Below, piece by piece: positions 37,009-47,400 of a stretch of 64,000 nucleotides of DNA. Position numbers and translations under genes: made by a program. How positions within the stretch are numbered: the first letter of the stretch is position 1; the number at the start of each line of letters is the position of its first letter. Source of the DNA: Candidatus Faeciplasma pullistercoris (GTDB taxonomy: Bacteria > Bacillota > Clostridia > Oscillospirales > Ruminococcaceae); contig DVLL01000017.1 of assembly GCA_018715525.1 (NCBI GenBank), positions 15,070 to 79,069 of the forward strand, read 5' to 3'. A model generated the notes under the pieces. It did no database searches. It was not told the DNA's origin and saw only the letters and a program-made list of their open reading frames with translations.

Positions 37009-37220
37009 AGTACAAGGCGGTTCTCTTACTGAAGACCGCTTTTTTACATCTATGTGTTTACCACAGGAGCAGACATTGCATAATATGTATTAGGTGTTAA
37101 ACCGGGCTGGTGCTCAAAAAGGGAAAGCGCAAAATCGCTACTTTCATCGCTTATCCACACGGATTTCACACAAGCCGCCGTCTGTAACCAAGTTGTCACT
37201 TTCTTGTAATTGCTTTGTTC

Positions 37221-37248
37221 TTGAAATGGGGCAGGGATATGCTACAAT
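37221..37248 (+). promoter_or_regulatory. promoter candidate (TTGAAA-16-TACAAT with TGn) for the NlpC/P60 gene
   Basis: Consensus match 33 nt upstream of the ATG at 37281. Confidence 0.5.
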
Positions 37249-37280
37249 GTAATTGTAATAACAAGAACGAGGTGACACAG

Positions 37281-37991
37281 ATGAATCGAAACAAGCTTAG
37301 GATAATCGCATCGCTTATAATAGCGGCGGCGATAGTAGCTGTTATGGCGGCATGCGGTCGGGTGGAAGACCCCGCGGGCAATAACGACCCCACCGGGACA
37401 GACTCATCTGTGACGGTGCCGGCAACCGATTTGCCTGAAACCACCATCCATACTGAAGCCACTACAGACGAGACTCAGCCGGTTACAGAAATGCCCGAGC
37501 AGACAGAGCCTGCAACCGAGCCTACCGTGACTGAACCCACTGTGACTGAACCTACCGTGACCGAACCGACTGAAACAGAGCCGGAGGCTTCTGAGCCCGA
37601 GGCGCAGGCAGACTACTCTAAGATAGTAGACACCGCGACCGACATGCTCGGAGTTCCATACGCAAGCGGCGGAAGCAGCCCGGAGGACGGCTTTGATACC
37701 TCGGGATTTACTTACTATTGCGTCAGAGCTGCGGGAATTGATTTCCCCAGAAGCCTCAAGGACCAGCTTGAGAGCGGAGAGAGGATACCCTACAGCGAAC
37801 TGAGGGCGGGAGATATCGTCTACTTTGCCGCTGAGGAGGGCGGAGAAGCAAGCTTCTGCGGAGTTTATGTGGGCGGAGGTCTTATGATCTACTCCCCCGT
37901 CCCCGACGATTTCGTCAAGACCGCAAATATTACAACCAACTACTGGACTACTCACTTTGTTACGGGACTGCGCGTGAGCGCAGAAAGCTGA
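37281..37991 (+). CDS. NlpC/P60 (C40) cell-wall peptidase, probable lipoprotein, with a Thr/Glu/Pro-repeat linker
   Basis: The signal sequence ends at VMAAC-G. The linker carries TEPTV repeats. The C40 core includes GFDTSGFTYYC (catalytic Cys context) and the later YVGGGLMIYSP block. Confidence 0.85.
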   Translation: MNRNKLRIIASLIIAAAIVAVMAACGRVEDPAGNNDPTGTDSSVTVPATDLPETTIHTEATTDETQPVTEMPEQTEPATEPTVTEPTVTEPTVTEPTETEPEASEPEAQADYSKIVDTATDMLGVPYASGGSSPEDGFDTSGFTYYCVRAAGIDFPRSLKDQLESGERIPYSELRAGDIVYFAAEEGGEASFCGVYVGGGLMIYSPVPDDFVKTANITTNYWTTHFVTGLRVSAES

Positions 37992-38053
37992 GCCGGTCCG
38001 CTGAACATAAGTCTGTCTATATCTCTATTTTTCCTCCATACAACATACAGACA

Positions 38054-38106
38054 AAAGCCTGATCGGGGGCGTCGCGCAAGCTGCGGCGTCCCTTGGCTTT
38101 TTATTT
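38054..38106 (+). terminator. intrinsic terminator after the NlpC/P60 gene
   Basis: A GC-rich stem (GGGGCGTCGC pairs with GCGGCGTCCC via two G-U pairs) is extended by AAAGCC/GGCTTT and followed by TTTTTATTTTATT. Confidence 0.7.
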
Positions 38107-38168
38107 TATTAAAATTCATTTGCCCAGAGAGTGTTTTAGCGCATTCGGCATAATCTTGACGATATGTG

Positions 38169-38197
38169 TTGACATGGGATACAGTTTGTGCTATCCT
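38169..38197 (+). promoter_or_regulatory. promoter candidate (TTGACA-17-TATCCT with TGn) driving the TPP riboswitch
   Basis: Perfect -35, 17-nt spacer and an extended -10. It lies about 10-15 nt upstream of the aptamer. Confidence 0.5.
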
Positions 38198-38204
38198 ATG
38201 TATC

Positions 38205-38300
38205 GAATAAAACAGGGGAGCTCGTATTCGGGCTGAGAGGAAGCGAAATAACGCTTCGACCCATAACCTGATTCGGATAATGCCGACGTAGGGCGACCTG
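38205..38300 (+). promoter_or_regulatory. TPP (THI-box) riboswitch
   Basis: ACAGGGGAGCUCGUAUUCGGGCUGAGAGG...CGACCCAUAACCUGAUUCGGAUAAUGCCGACGUAGGG carries the conserved CUGAGA and ACCUGAU-GGAUAAUGCC-GCGUAGGG cores. A terminator hairpin and thiamine transport/salvage genes follow. Confidence 0.88.
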
Positions 38301-38330
38301 ATATTTTCAGGTGACGACATAACGCTTACC

Positions 38331-38362
38331 AAGCCTCGGACATATCCTGCCCGGGGCTTTTT
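38331..38362 (+). terminator. riboswitch expression-platform terminator
   Basis: AAGCCTCGG (38331-38339) pairs with CCGGGGCTT (38351-38359) with one G-U pair, followed by TTTTTGC. Confidence 0.65.
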
Positions 38363-38431
38363 GCATTCACAAATCGGGAAATGGCAGATTTAACTCGTTT
38401 TATTGAATTTTCAAAACGGAGATGCAAAAAC

Positions 38432-39244
38432 ATGAGAAACAAAAACCTTCTGGCGCTTACGGAAAGCGCCGTAATGATCGCGCTGGCAACGGTCCTGAGC
38501 CTTATCAAGATAGTAGACCTGCCATACGGCGGCTCTGTCACGATAGCCTCAATGCTTCCGGTCGCGATAATCGCCTATCGTCACGGTCTTGGCTGGGGCT
38601 TGGGCTCCGGTCTTGTATACGGAGCTATACAGCAGCTTACCGGTCTTAACACCTTAAGCTGGGTGACCGGCTGGCAAAGCATACTCGCCGTAGTACTTCT
38701 CGACTACATAATCGCCTTCACGGTCATAGGCTTCGCAGGAGTTTTCCGCAAGGTGGTAAATAATCAGGCCGCTGCCCTGTCACTCGGCTGCATACTTGTA
38801 TGCGTCCTCAGATACGCCTGCCACGTCGTATCCGGCGCCACCGTCTGGGCAGGACTTTCCATACCCACTCAGGCGGCTTTGGGATACTCGTTCATCTACA
38901 ACGCCACCTACATGATACCCGAGACCATCGTTATGGTAGTCGCCGCTATTTACATCGGCTCGACGGTAGACCTGCGCTCTCAGATGCCCACGAGGATGGC
39001 TTCCTCGGCGAAATCAGCAAACAACTGGGCGTTGCCTGTTGCGGGACTTGTCGCGGCGGTCGCTGTCATATTTGACACCGCACAGATATTCTCCCACCTC
39101 CAGGACGCTGAGACCGGCGAATTCGCCATCACTCAGATAAACGAGATAAACTGGCTCATGATAATCATCGTTACGGTAGCGGCAGCGGTGCTTTCCGCAG
39201 TACTTGTCGCTATTCGCTCCGCGTCAGCCAAAAAGGCGCAATAA
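38432..39244 (+). CDS. thiT: ECF-type thiamine transporter S-component ThiT with a two-helix C-terminal extension
   Basis: ThiT-like sequence (LTESAVMIALATVLSLIK...LPYGGSVT...AYRHG.GWG) directly downstream of the TPP riboswitch. At about 270 aa it is longer than the roughly 180-190 aa I recall for ThiT, and the extra C-terminal region has two further hydrophobic helices. Confidence 0.8.
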   Translation: MRNKNLLALTESAVMIALATVLSLIKIVDLPYGGSVTIASMLPVAIIAYRHGLGWGLGSGLVYGAIQQLTGLNTLSWVTGWQSILAVVLLDYIIAFTVIGFAGVFRKVVNNQAAALSLGCILVCVLRYACHVVSGATVWAGLSIPTQAALGYSFIYNATYMIPETIVMVVAAIYIGSTVDLRSQMPTRMASSAKSANNWALPVAGLVAAVAVIFDTAQIFSHLQDAETGEFAITQINEINWLMIIIVTVAAAVLSAVLVAIRSASAKKAQ

Positions 39245-39259
39245 AAGCTGACGAGCAGC

Positions 39260-39880
39260 ATGAAAGCTATAATTCTGACGCCATATCACGAAGGCTCCTA
39301 CTCCCAGAGTATCGCCGACGGAGCTGACCTTGTCATATGCGCGGACACATCCTTTGCCGAGGCTGAGCGGCTCGGAATAATTCCCGATGTTATAATCGGC
39401 GACTTCGATCACGAAGATATAACAAATCGCGCCGCCGGAAGCGTGATAACCGTCCCATGTGAAAAGGACGACACCGACACCATGCTATGCATAAAATACG
39501 CCATAGACAAGGGAGCGGACTATATTCTGATTGCCGGCGGAATAGGCGGAAGGCTGGATCACACCATAGCAAACATTCAGTCGCTGGCGTACGCCGAATC
39601 AAAAGGCGTCAAAGCCGAGCTTTCTGACGGCAAAAACCGAGCGATGATAGCGTCCGGTAGAATTTCGATCCCGAAGGTGGAAAACTTCTACCTCTCGCTT
39701 TTCGCCTATGGAGGGAGCTGCTCGGGAGTAAGCGTACGCGGCACAAAATACACGCTCAAGGACTCAGAGCTGTCGGTGGACTTCCCGCTCGGCGTCAGCA
39801 ATGAGATAACCGCGCAAAAGGCGGAGATCGAAGTAAAAAGCGGCAGGCTCCTCATCATACTTTCTAAAAAAGAGGCATGA
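39260..39880 (+). CDS. thiN: thiamine pyrophosphokinase
   Basis: 206 aa with the IGDFDH and GGIGGRLDH motifs characteristic of TPK. Co-located with thiT under the TPP riboswitch. Confidence 0.85.
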   Translation: MKAIILTPYHEGSYSQSIADGADLVICADTSFAEAERLGIIPDVIIGDFDHEDITNRAAGSVITVPCEKDDTDTMLCIKYAIDKGADYILIAGGIGGRLDHTIANIQSLAYAESKGVKAELSDGKNRAMIASGRISIPKVENFYLSLFAYGGSCSGVSVRGTKYTLKDSELSVDFPLGVSNEITAQKAEIEVKSGRLLIILSKKEA

Positions 39881-40028
39881 CCTATGCAGCATGCTTATCC
39901 CCCGTATATCCGTACGGGGGATTTTTTGAAACTGTAATCAAATCTTAATAGACTTCCCGAAAAAAGTGTGCTACACTAAAAGATAACATATGAAAACGCC
40001 ACTTGATTAAATGGGAAAGGATTCAAAT

Positions 40029-41408
40029 ATGCGAAAGCTCAGTATAATCATCTGTATCGTGATTGCAGTTACATCGCTTACAATGAGCATAGGCGCCGCA
40101 GAAACCGGCTCTGTCTCCTTTAATCTGCCGGACGATGTGACGATCTACTCGGAAGCGGCTTACCTTGTAAACCTCGACACCAACGAGGCTGTATATCAGA
40201 AAAACGCCGATAAGAGGCTTGTTCCCGCGTCTTTGACAAAGATAATGACGGCAATCCTGCTGCTCGAGGAATACAAGGACAACATCGGCGCGCTTTCAAC
40301 TACATATGTGTCAGGACCCTCCACCTGCTTTGACGAGCTGTATATGACCGGAGCGTCCACAGCGGACATACGCATCGGCGAGGAGGTCTCCTATAAGGAT
40401 CTTTTATACGCTTTGATGCTCCGCTCGGCGTGCGAGGCGGCAAACATAATAGCCTACAATGTTGCCGGAAGCCTTGAAGGATTTGTCCAGATGATGAACG
40501 ACAAGGCCGCGGAGCTCGGATGCACCGACACCCACTTCACCAACGCCCACGGTCTTTTCTGGGAAGATCACTACACTACGGCGCGGGATATGGCGATCAT
40601 CACCGAATACGCCATGACCCTGCCGATGTTCACCGAAATATCCTGCACCCCCGAATACACCATGGAAGCTACGAGCTATCACCCCGAGCCGAGGGCAATA
40701 TCCCACACCAACTACATGATGTCGAGGATGAACGGCGGAGATTACTACTACGAATATGTAAAGGGAATAAAGACGGGCACGCTCGACCAGGCCGGAAGAT
40801 GCCTTGTATCGCTTGCGTTTAAGGATGGCTACAGCTATCTTCTCGTCACCCTCAACGCCCCACAGCAGGACGCTCAGGGCAACAATGTCTTTTACAACTT
40901 CATCGACGCCAAGACCATATACGAGTGGGCGTTTGACAATCTTGAGTACACAGACATAGTCCTCGGAACGGAGGAAAAGGCGGAGGTGCCGGTTCAGTAC
41001 GGCGACGGACAGGACTATGTGATAGCCAAACCGGCGGAGTCTTTCTCGAGAATATGGAACAAAAGCATACCCCTGAGCTCGATTCACGAGGACATAACGC
41101 TTGCTGAGAACGTTGTCGCGCCGGTAAACGAGGGAGATGTTCTGGGAACGCTCGAGCTTGAGTACGGCGGACAGGTGCTTGCCACCATGGATCTTATAGC
41201 CACAACAAGTCTTGCCCGCTCAGAAAGATCGGAGCTTATGACTATCGCACAGAGCTTTGTGGGCTCGCCCGACTTTTACTCCGCGCTCAAATGGTCCGCT
41301 CTGTTTTTTCTTGTGTACACTGTTCTGATAATTACACTTAAGATCATATTCCACATCCAAAACAAAAAGCGCTCGCGCATGTACGGCACGGTCAAGCGCC
41401 GCAGATAA
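40029..41408 (+). CDS. D-alanyl-D-alanine carboxypeptidase (S11, PBP5-like) with a C-terminal membrane anchor
   Basis: SxxK as SLTKIM and KTG as GIKTGTL. Signal peptide present. The C-terminal TM helix is followed by NKKRSRMYGTVKRRR. The start at 40029 follows GGAAAGGA. Confidence 0.85.
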   Translation: MRKLSIIICIVIAVTSLTMSIGAAETGSVSFNLPDDVTIYSEAAYLVNLDTNEAVYQKNADKRLVPASLTKIMTAILLLEEYKDNIGALSTTYVSGPSTCFDELYMTGASTADIRIGEEVSYKDLLYALMLRSACEAANIIAYNVAGSLEGFVQMMNDKAAELGCTDTHFTNAHGLFWEDHYTTARDMAIITEYAMTLPMFTEISCTPEYTMEATSYHPEPRAISHTNYMMSRMNGGDYYYEYVKGIKTGTLDQAGRCLVSLAFKDGYSYLLVTLNAPQQDAQGNNVFYNFIDAKTIYEWAFDNLEYTDIVLGTEEKAEVPVQYGDGQDYVIAKPAESFSRIWNKSIPLSSIHEDITLAENVVAPVNEGDVLGTLELEYGGQVLATMDLIATTSLARSERSELMTIAQSFVGSPDFYSALKWSALFFLVYTVLIITLKIIFHIQNKKRSRMYGTVKRRR

Positions 41409-41420
41409 TTCGGATTTTAT

Positions 41421-41454
41421 CAGCCCCGACTTGTGTATTTTCAAGCCGGGGCTG
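41421..41454. terminator. hairpin between convergent genes (possible bidirectional terminator)
   Basis: CAGCCCCGACTTG (41421-41433) pairs with CAAGCCGGGGCTG (41442-41454) with one mismatch. The flanking U-tracts are weak on both strands. Confidence 0.45.
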
Positions 41455-41479
41455 CTTTATGCGTCACCTGAGGTATGGC

Positions 41480-44400
41480 TTAGCCTTGAGGAGGGCTGAT
41501 TATCTTTCCGTTATATATAACCTTTGCCCTTAGGAGAGGGTCTTTTATATACGCCCTCCCGTCCTTCATCCTTATCCCGAGTATATCCTCCGTTATCGCC
41601 CGGTAATACCATGCCGCCGAGCCTGTATATATCGACCAGCCGCCGCGGGCATAGCAGTTTTTGTTTGCATATACGTCGCCGCAGATATAATAAGGCTCTG
41701 TTTTATACCTTTGATACCCTAAATTCTCCGAGCGGGCAACAGGGCTGATCGTTGTCAGAATGTCAATCCCCTCCCGGCTCAGACCCGCGCGTACACACGC
41801 CATCCCGAGCCACACCGCCGCGTGAGTATACTGCCCTCCGTTTTCCCTGATACCGTCCGGGTAGTGACTGATATACCCGACAGGCGGCTCGAAGTTGTCC
41901 GGAAACGGCGGCGTAAAGAGCTTTACTACTCCTCTTTTTGTATCCGCGAGCCGTGCGTATGCCTCACTAAGAGCGAGTTTTGTAAACTCACTGTCCCTTA
42001 GCCCGGCAAACTGCGCAAATGACTGCGCTATCGAGTCTATACAGCAGACCTTTGACTCGGCTGAGCCGAGCACAGTTCCGTCGTCGGCATACGCCCTCCT
42101 GTACCAGCTGACGTCCCTGCCGTTTTGCTCTATAGAGCTTTCGAGTTCGTGCGCGTATTCTAAAATAAGCCTTGAGTACTCCGGGTCCATTTCCTTGCAC
42201 AAAGAAGCAAATCTTCTGAGAACGAGTATATAAAACTCTGTAAGCCACACCGACTCGCCTTTTCCCTTTTCGCCAAGCTTGTTAAAGCCGTCGTTCCAGT
42301 CTCCCGTGCCTATAAGCATAAGCCCGTTCACGCCCGTTTTCCCGGCGCGGTAATCTATGGCTTTCCTGCAATGCTCGTATACGCTTTCTCGGAGCGAGGT
42401 TTTATACACCTCGCCGTATTTTTCGTTTTCCTTCTCGCCGAGCTCTATTCCCGCGCAGTAGCAGACCTTGAGCATAAGAATATCCCTGTCGCCCGTCTTT
42501 TCCACATATTCGCAGACGGCGTAGGGCAGCCACAGGTTGTCGTCCGAGATCCTGGTGCGTATACCCTTTATCTTTTTCCCGGGAAGCGAGTGCCACCAGT
42601 GAAGGCAGTCTCCCTCATAAAACTGAGCCCTGCACGCGCGTAGTATCTGGCTTTTGCATATTGACGGATTCACCGCCATTATGCCGACTGCGTCCTGTAG
42701 CTGATCCCTGAAGCCGTATGCTCCCGAGCACTGGTAGAACCCGGTTCTTGCCCAGATTCTCGCGTGAAGCGCCTGATACCTCATCCAATGATTCGCCAGC
42801 TCTGCCATTCCGGTATTACACTCAGATACCTCCAGCCTGATTTGCCTTGTGTCCGTCTGCTGTGAGTAGTACCGCGGCATACCGGCTGCGGCAGCCTTGT
42901 CAAGAGCATAGGAAAGATAGAAATTGACCGTACTTTCACCCGACAGCCTCACCACCACCGCCGCAGCGCTGTCCTGACATAGGCTGATATTCTCAGACCA
43001 GTCTCCGGTCAAAAACGCCTTTCTGTCGCAGCAATACTCTCTTTCTCGGTCGCAGCTTAACGCCATGTATCCGTTGCTCAGTGAGGCGGGGCTGTGAAGT
43101 ATTAGCGAGCCTCCGAATACCTCCGGGAGAACAAGATGAGCGTGTTTTCTGTCCGGCCCCAGACATGGCTCGCAAAAGTAGGCAAGCTCCGCGTCCTCTG
43201 AAACATTTATGCTTACCGCTATCCTCTTGCACATTCCCTTTTCCGACACGCCCACGCTGACGCTGCCGGAAAAGTTGTCCCCACGGAAGAAGTATTCCGC
43301 CTTGCATGGCGAAAATTTCGCCGCCGAGCCCCTTACAATGTCATAATACCTACCACCTACCCTAAGGATCAGCCTCTCTCCGAGGTTGTCCCTTGAGCTG
43401 TCGTTGTCCCACGGAGTGAGCCTGAGCTCCCTTGAATTAAAGGCGTAGCTGAACCCCAATGAGCCCTCGGATACAAGCGTTCCGAACTGCGGGCTTGAAA
43501 GTACATGACACCATGGCAAAGGCGGCTTTTCGTTTATCACATATCCGCCGTCTTCGCTAAATCCCCCGAGCGCCACCGGTGTTTCAACCTTTTGCGCAGC
43601 CGGCTCCACTCCTTCGATTCTCACCGGCTTTTTGAGCTCGACCGGTTCCTCAGAGCCGGATATTATCTCATCGGCGCCGATATGGCAGGCGTAGGCCTTG
43701 AGGAGCGTGATAAGCTCAGGTCTGACCGACGAGCGATCCACGGGAATTATCAGGGAGTATATCAGCCCCTCAAGCCCCGCTCTTTTCGCAGCATCGACCA
43801 GCAATGTGTAACGCTCCCGGCTGTAACCCCCGCCGTCGTCGTACACCACAGCGAGCTGAACGCCTATTCCGCTGAGCGCAAGCCTGCCCATTGCTCCAAG
43901 GTAGGAGGACAGCTTCTGCTCGTCGTTCCTGCCGTTGAGGTTTATAAGGATTAGCGGCAGGTCGGTGTTAACGGAAAGCTCCCACAAGGAGTTCAGCTCC
44001 AGCTTATTTTGCGCGAGCGCCTTAAGCTTCTGATGCGAGCTGCCGGATAGGAACATCACCTCGGGCAGCAGTCTGTTGGCGAGGGCTGAGCCGGGATCAA
44101 GTGCCCTCTCGCTCATAAGATCCTGAAGGGAGAATCTTCTTTTCATATGGGAAACACGGTTGATAAGCTCCTCCATGCTGTCGGCAGTCACGATGAACAG
44201 GTTCAGCTCGGTTTTTGTCTTTGGCGGAAGCGTTATCTCGGTTCTTATGAATATGCACGGGTCAGGCTCGCAAATATAGCTCGGAGGTATCTTCCCCGCT
44301 CTTCCGTCGGAAAACAGCCCGAATACTCCACCAGGGCGGGATAAAACCTCCTCCCTGTCAAAGGATACCGTGCCTAAAATGTCCTCGGCAAACCCGACCG

Positions 44401-47400
44401 CCATATATCCGCCCGCAGACTGTTCCGGCTTGCTTCCTCCGTCAGAACGGGTAACTATCACCGCATCAAGCCCGGGATCAACATCAAGCCTTAAAAACAT
44501 CTTGTCAAACGCGGGATGCGCCGACTCGGCCGCGGTATCCGAAAGCGACGGCTCGATGTAGCTTACAAGCGACGCCTTGATTTCAGAGCCGGTGACGTTT
44601 TCTATGGCAAAGCTTCTGATTTCGCACGGCATCGACTTGTGGAGAGCTACGCGCATTCCTGCTTTGATTCTGTCGGTATTCCGGTAGTAGGCGGCATAGC
44701 AGTCCCCGAACTCGGCGACAAGCCCGTCCCCGCCGTCAAGAGTAGACAATACGGCTGCGCTTTTGCCGTCAAGTATGCCGAAAAACGCTCCCTTAGGTCT
44801 GACAAGCGGGTCAAAGGTCTTGCGGTATACCCCCTTGCCGCGGAAAAACGCCGAGCTTATCCCGCAGTCGGTCAGCACAAGCGAATACTCGCCGTTTGTC
44901 AGAAGTCTTGCTTTAGGATAGGTCGGCGAGATATCCGAATACTCCTCCGCAATACCCGGCTCAGCCTTTTCCGTCTTTATCTTCGGCTTTATGAGAGTGT
45001 CCTCAAAGACGCTTCTGTCAAGTCTGACCCTCTCGCTCAAAAGCTCGCTCGCGCCGGCAACACGCATGTCGCTCATAAAGCGCTTCTGGAATATCCCGTC
45101 CTGCAATACATTCAGGCAGGACAAGATACTCATTCCGACGTGGTGGGACATATAGCTCTTGACAGCCTCCGGCTCGCCCTTGGTGAAGTCAAGCGCCTCG
45201 TAGAAGCCATATCTTGAGTACAGCCCGTATTTTTTAAGCCTGTGAAGATTGTCCATGCCGGCATGCAGCGAATATCCGAGCGTAAGATATGTCGAATAGG
45301 GAGAAACCACATAGTCCGACTCAAGCCCTCGCTTTACTCCGGTTTTCGGCGCCCCGTGCGCCATGTACCTGTAATTCAGCTCGCTGTCAAAGGAATAATA
45401 TCCGCTTTCGGAAATCCCGTATGGTCTTGACAAGGATGCGGCATAGCTTTTCTGGCACCACAGAGCATACCTAAGGCTTTCGTATGAAATAGAGCTTTGC
45501 GGGCTCTTGAGGAAAATTTCAGGCATGAAATACTCGAACATCGTTCCCGAATAGGACGCCGCTCCGCTGTAAAAGCCGTGGCTCAGCGATGTTCTGGACA
45601 AGCGAAGCCAATGGCTCTTTGGAACCTGACGGGACGCTATCGCATAATATGATGTGAGCCTCGCTTCGCTCATCAAAAAATCGTATCTTGAGCGGTCAAG
45701 CTCTCCGACCTCGGGGTTTATGCCTATAGTCATCAGACCCTTCACTTTGTCATAGAAAATCCCGAGGTCGGTATCATTTATAAGCTTTTCCACCCTGTCT
45801 ATTACACCCTCCAGCTCTGGGCATCTTTTCAGGTACTCCCTGAGTCCCTCCTTGAGAGCAACAAGCGAGCATACAAAGTTGCCGCTGTCCACGCTTGACA
45901 CATATGGGTTAGGGCAGAGCCGCAGCGTGGTAGTCTCGTACCAGTTATACAGGTTGCCGTGGTACTTTTCCATCCGCTCCACCGAGGCTATGGTAAGGCT
46001 TACTCGCCTTGCCATGTTGTAAACGCTTATCAGCCTTAAATCGCAGGCGGCAAGCACCGACATAAGATACATGCCTATATTGGTCGGCGAGGTGCGGTGG
46101 GCGATTCGATATACAGGCGAGAACTGAACATTATCAGGCGGCAGGTTGTTTTCCGTCTCGGTCACATAGTCGGAAAAATATCTCCACATGTCGGCTGCCT
46201 GTGACCTGAGTTCCCTCTCCTCTCTTTGTGTAGCCGTCTGCACCGCGCCCGGAATGCTCCTCTGCCCCAAAATTATTACCGCAGGCATGATGCTGAAAAA
46301 CACAGCAAGCAATCTCACAAGATAGCATGGCGAGAACAAAAGCGAAAGCCCGCATACTTCGGGTATGAAGAAAAAGAGCACAGGGTCGCTCATCATTCCG
46401 TCCGCTGCTGCGGAGGTGGTCCATTCGAGCATGTTTTTTCTCGTGACAAGCCTTATAAGGCCTGTCAGAACCGCCCTGATTGACACCAGCGCGGTGAGCG
46501 GCAGGGTGACAAGCTCATATATCAGCCTTACTCCGCTCAGGCTCGCCTGACTGAGCAGCCCTGAATAAAACCTCCTTGAAAGAAAGCCCTGTCTGATAAG
46601 TGTGCTGATAAGACCGTATATCTGCGGGAAAAGATATCCTCCGGCCGCCCACAGTGCGGCAGCCAGCGCGGCCTTAGGGTATATCACAAAGCTTGCCAGC
46701 AGCGCTAAAAGCACTGAAAACGGCGTGACGGCGCGTCTGATATTCTCTAAAAGCTTCAGCTTGGACACAAGTCCGAACCTATGCCTAAAGACAAAGCCTA
46801 TATTCTGCGCGTCTCCCCTGACCCACCTGTCAAGACGCTTATAGTAGCTCGAGGAGGACTTCGGGAAGCCTTCGGTGAAGATGATATCTCCCGCGTATGC
46901 CGTCCGCAGGAGTTCCCCCTCCAAAATGTCGTGAGACAAAACGCTCTCATGCGGCAGACACGCGCCGCACCTCAAAAGCGTCTCCACGCTGATAAGTCCT
47001 TTGCCGCAGAAGCTTCCGCTTTGGAAGCAGTCCTGCATTATGTCCATGCTCTCAGAGTCATACCACGACACCGAGCCTATTCCGCCCATACCGCGTGAAA
47101 AGCCTGTTGAAAGGGAGTCGGCAAGCCTTGTGACCATTCGCGGAGATACCATTCCTACTCCTGCGGTGACCTTCCCGTCATCTATCCTCGGTTTATTCGC
47201 AGGGTGAAGCATAACGGACAAAAGCTCGGATACCGAGTCCATATACGGCTCGGTGTCAAGGTCAACCGCGCAGATGTATTTTATCCCGACAAGCTTCCGC
47301 ACAGGTCCAAGCTCTGCATAAAACGAAGCCTTTCCGCCGGCCATAAGCCTGCATAGCTCAACTATCGCCCCCCGCTTTCTATCGGCGCCCATATACTCAT

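Noticed and set aside
37053-37220. Possible c-di-AMP (ydaO/kimA) riboswitch upstream of the NlpC/P60 gene.
   Set aside because: No ACGGGG / CCCA-type conserved cores or pseudo-twofold architecture are present. The consensus promoter lies only about 33 nt from the start codon, leaving no room for an aptamer.
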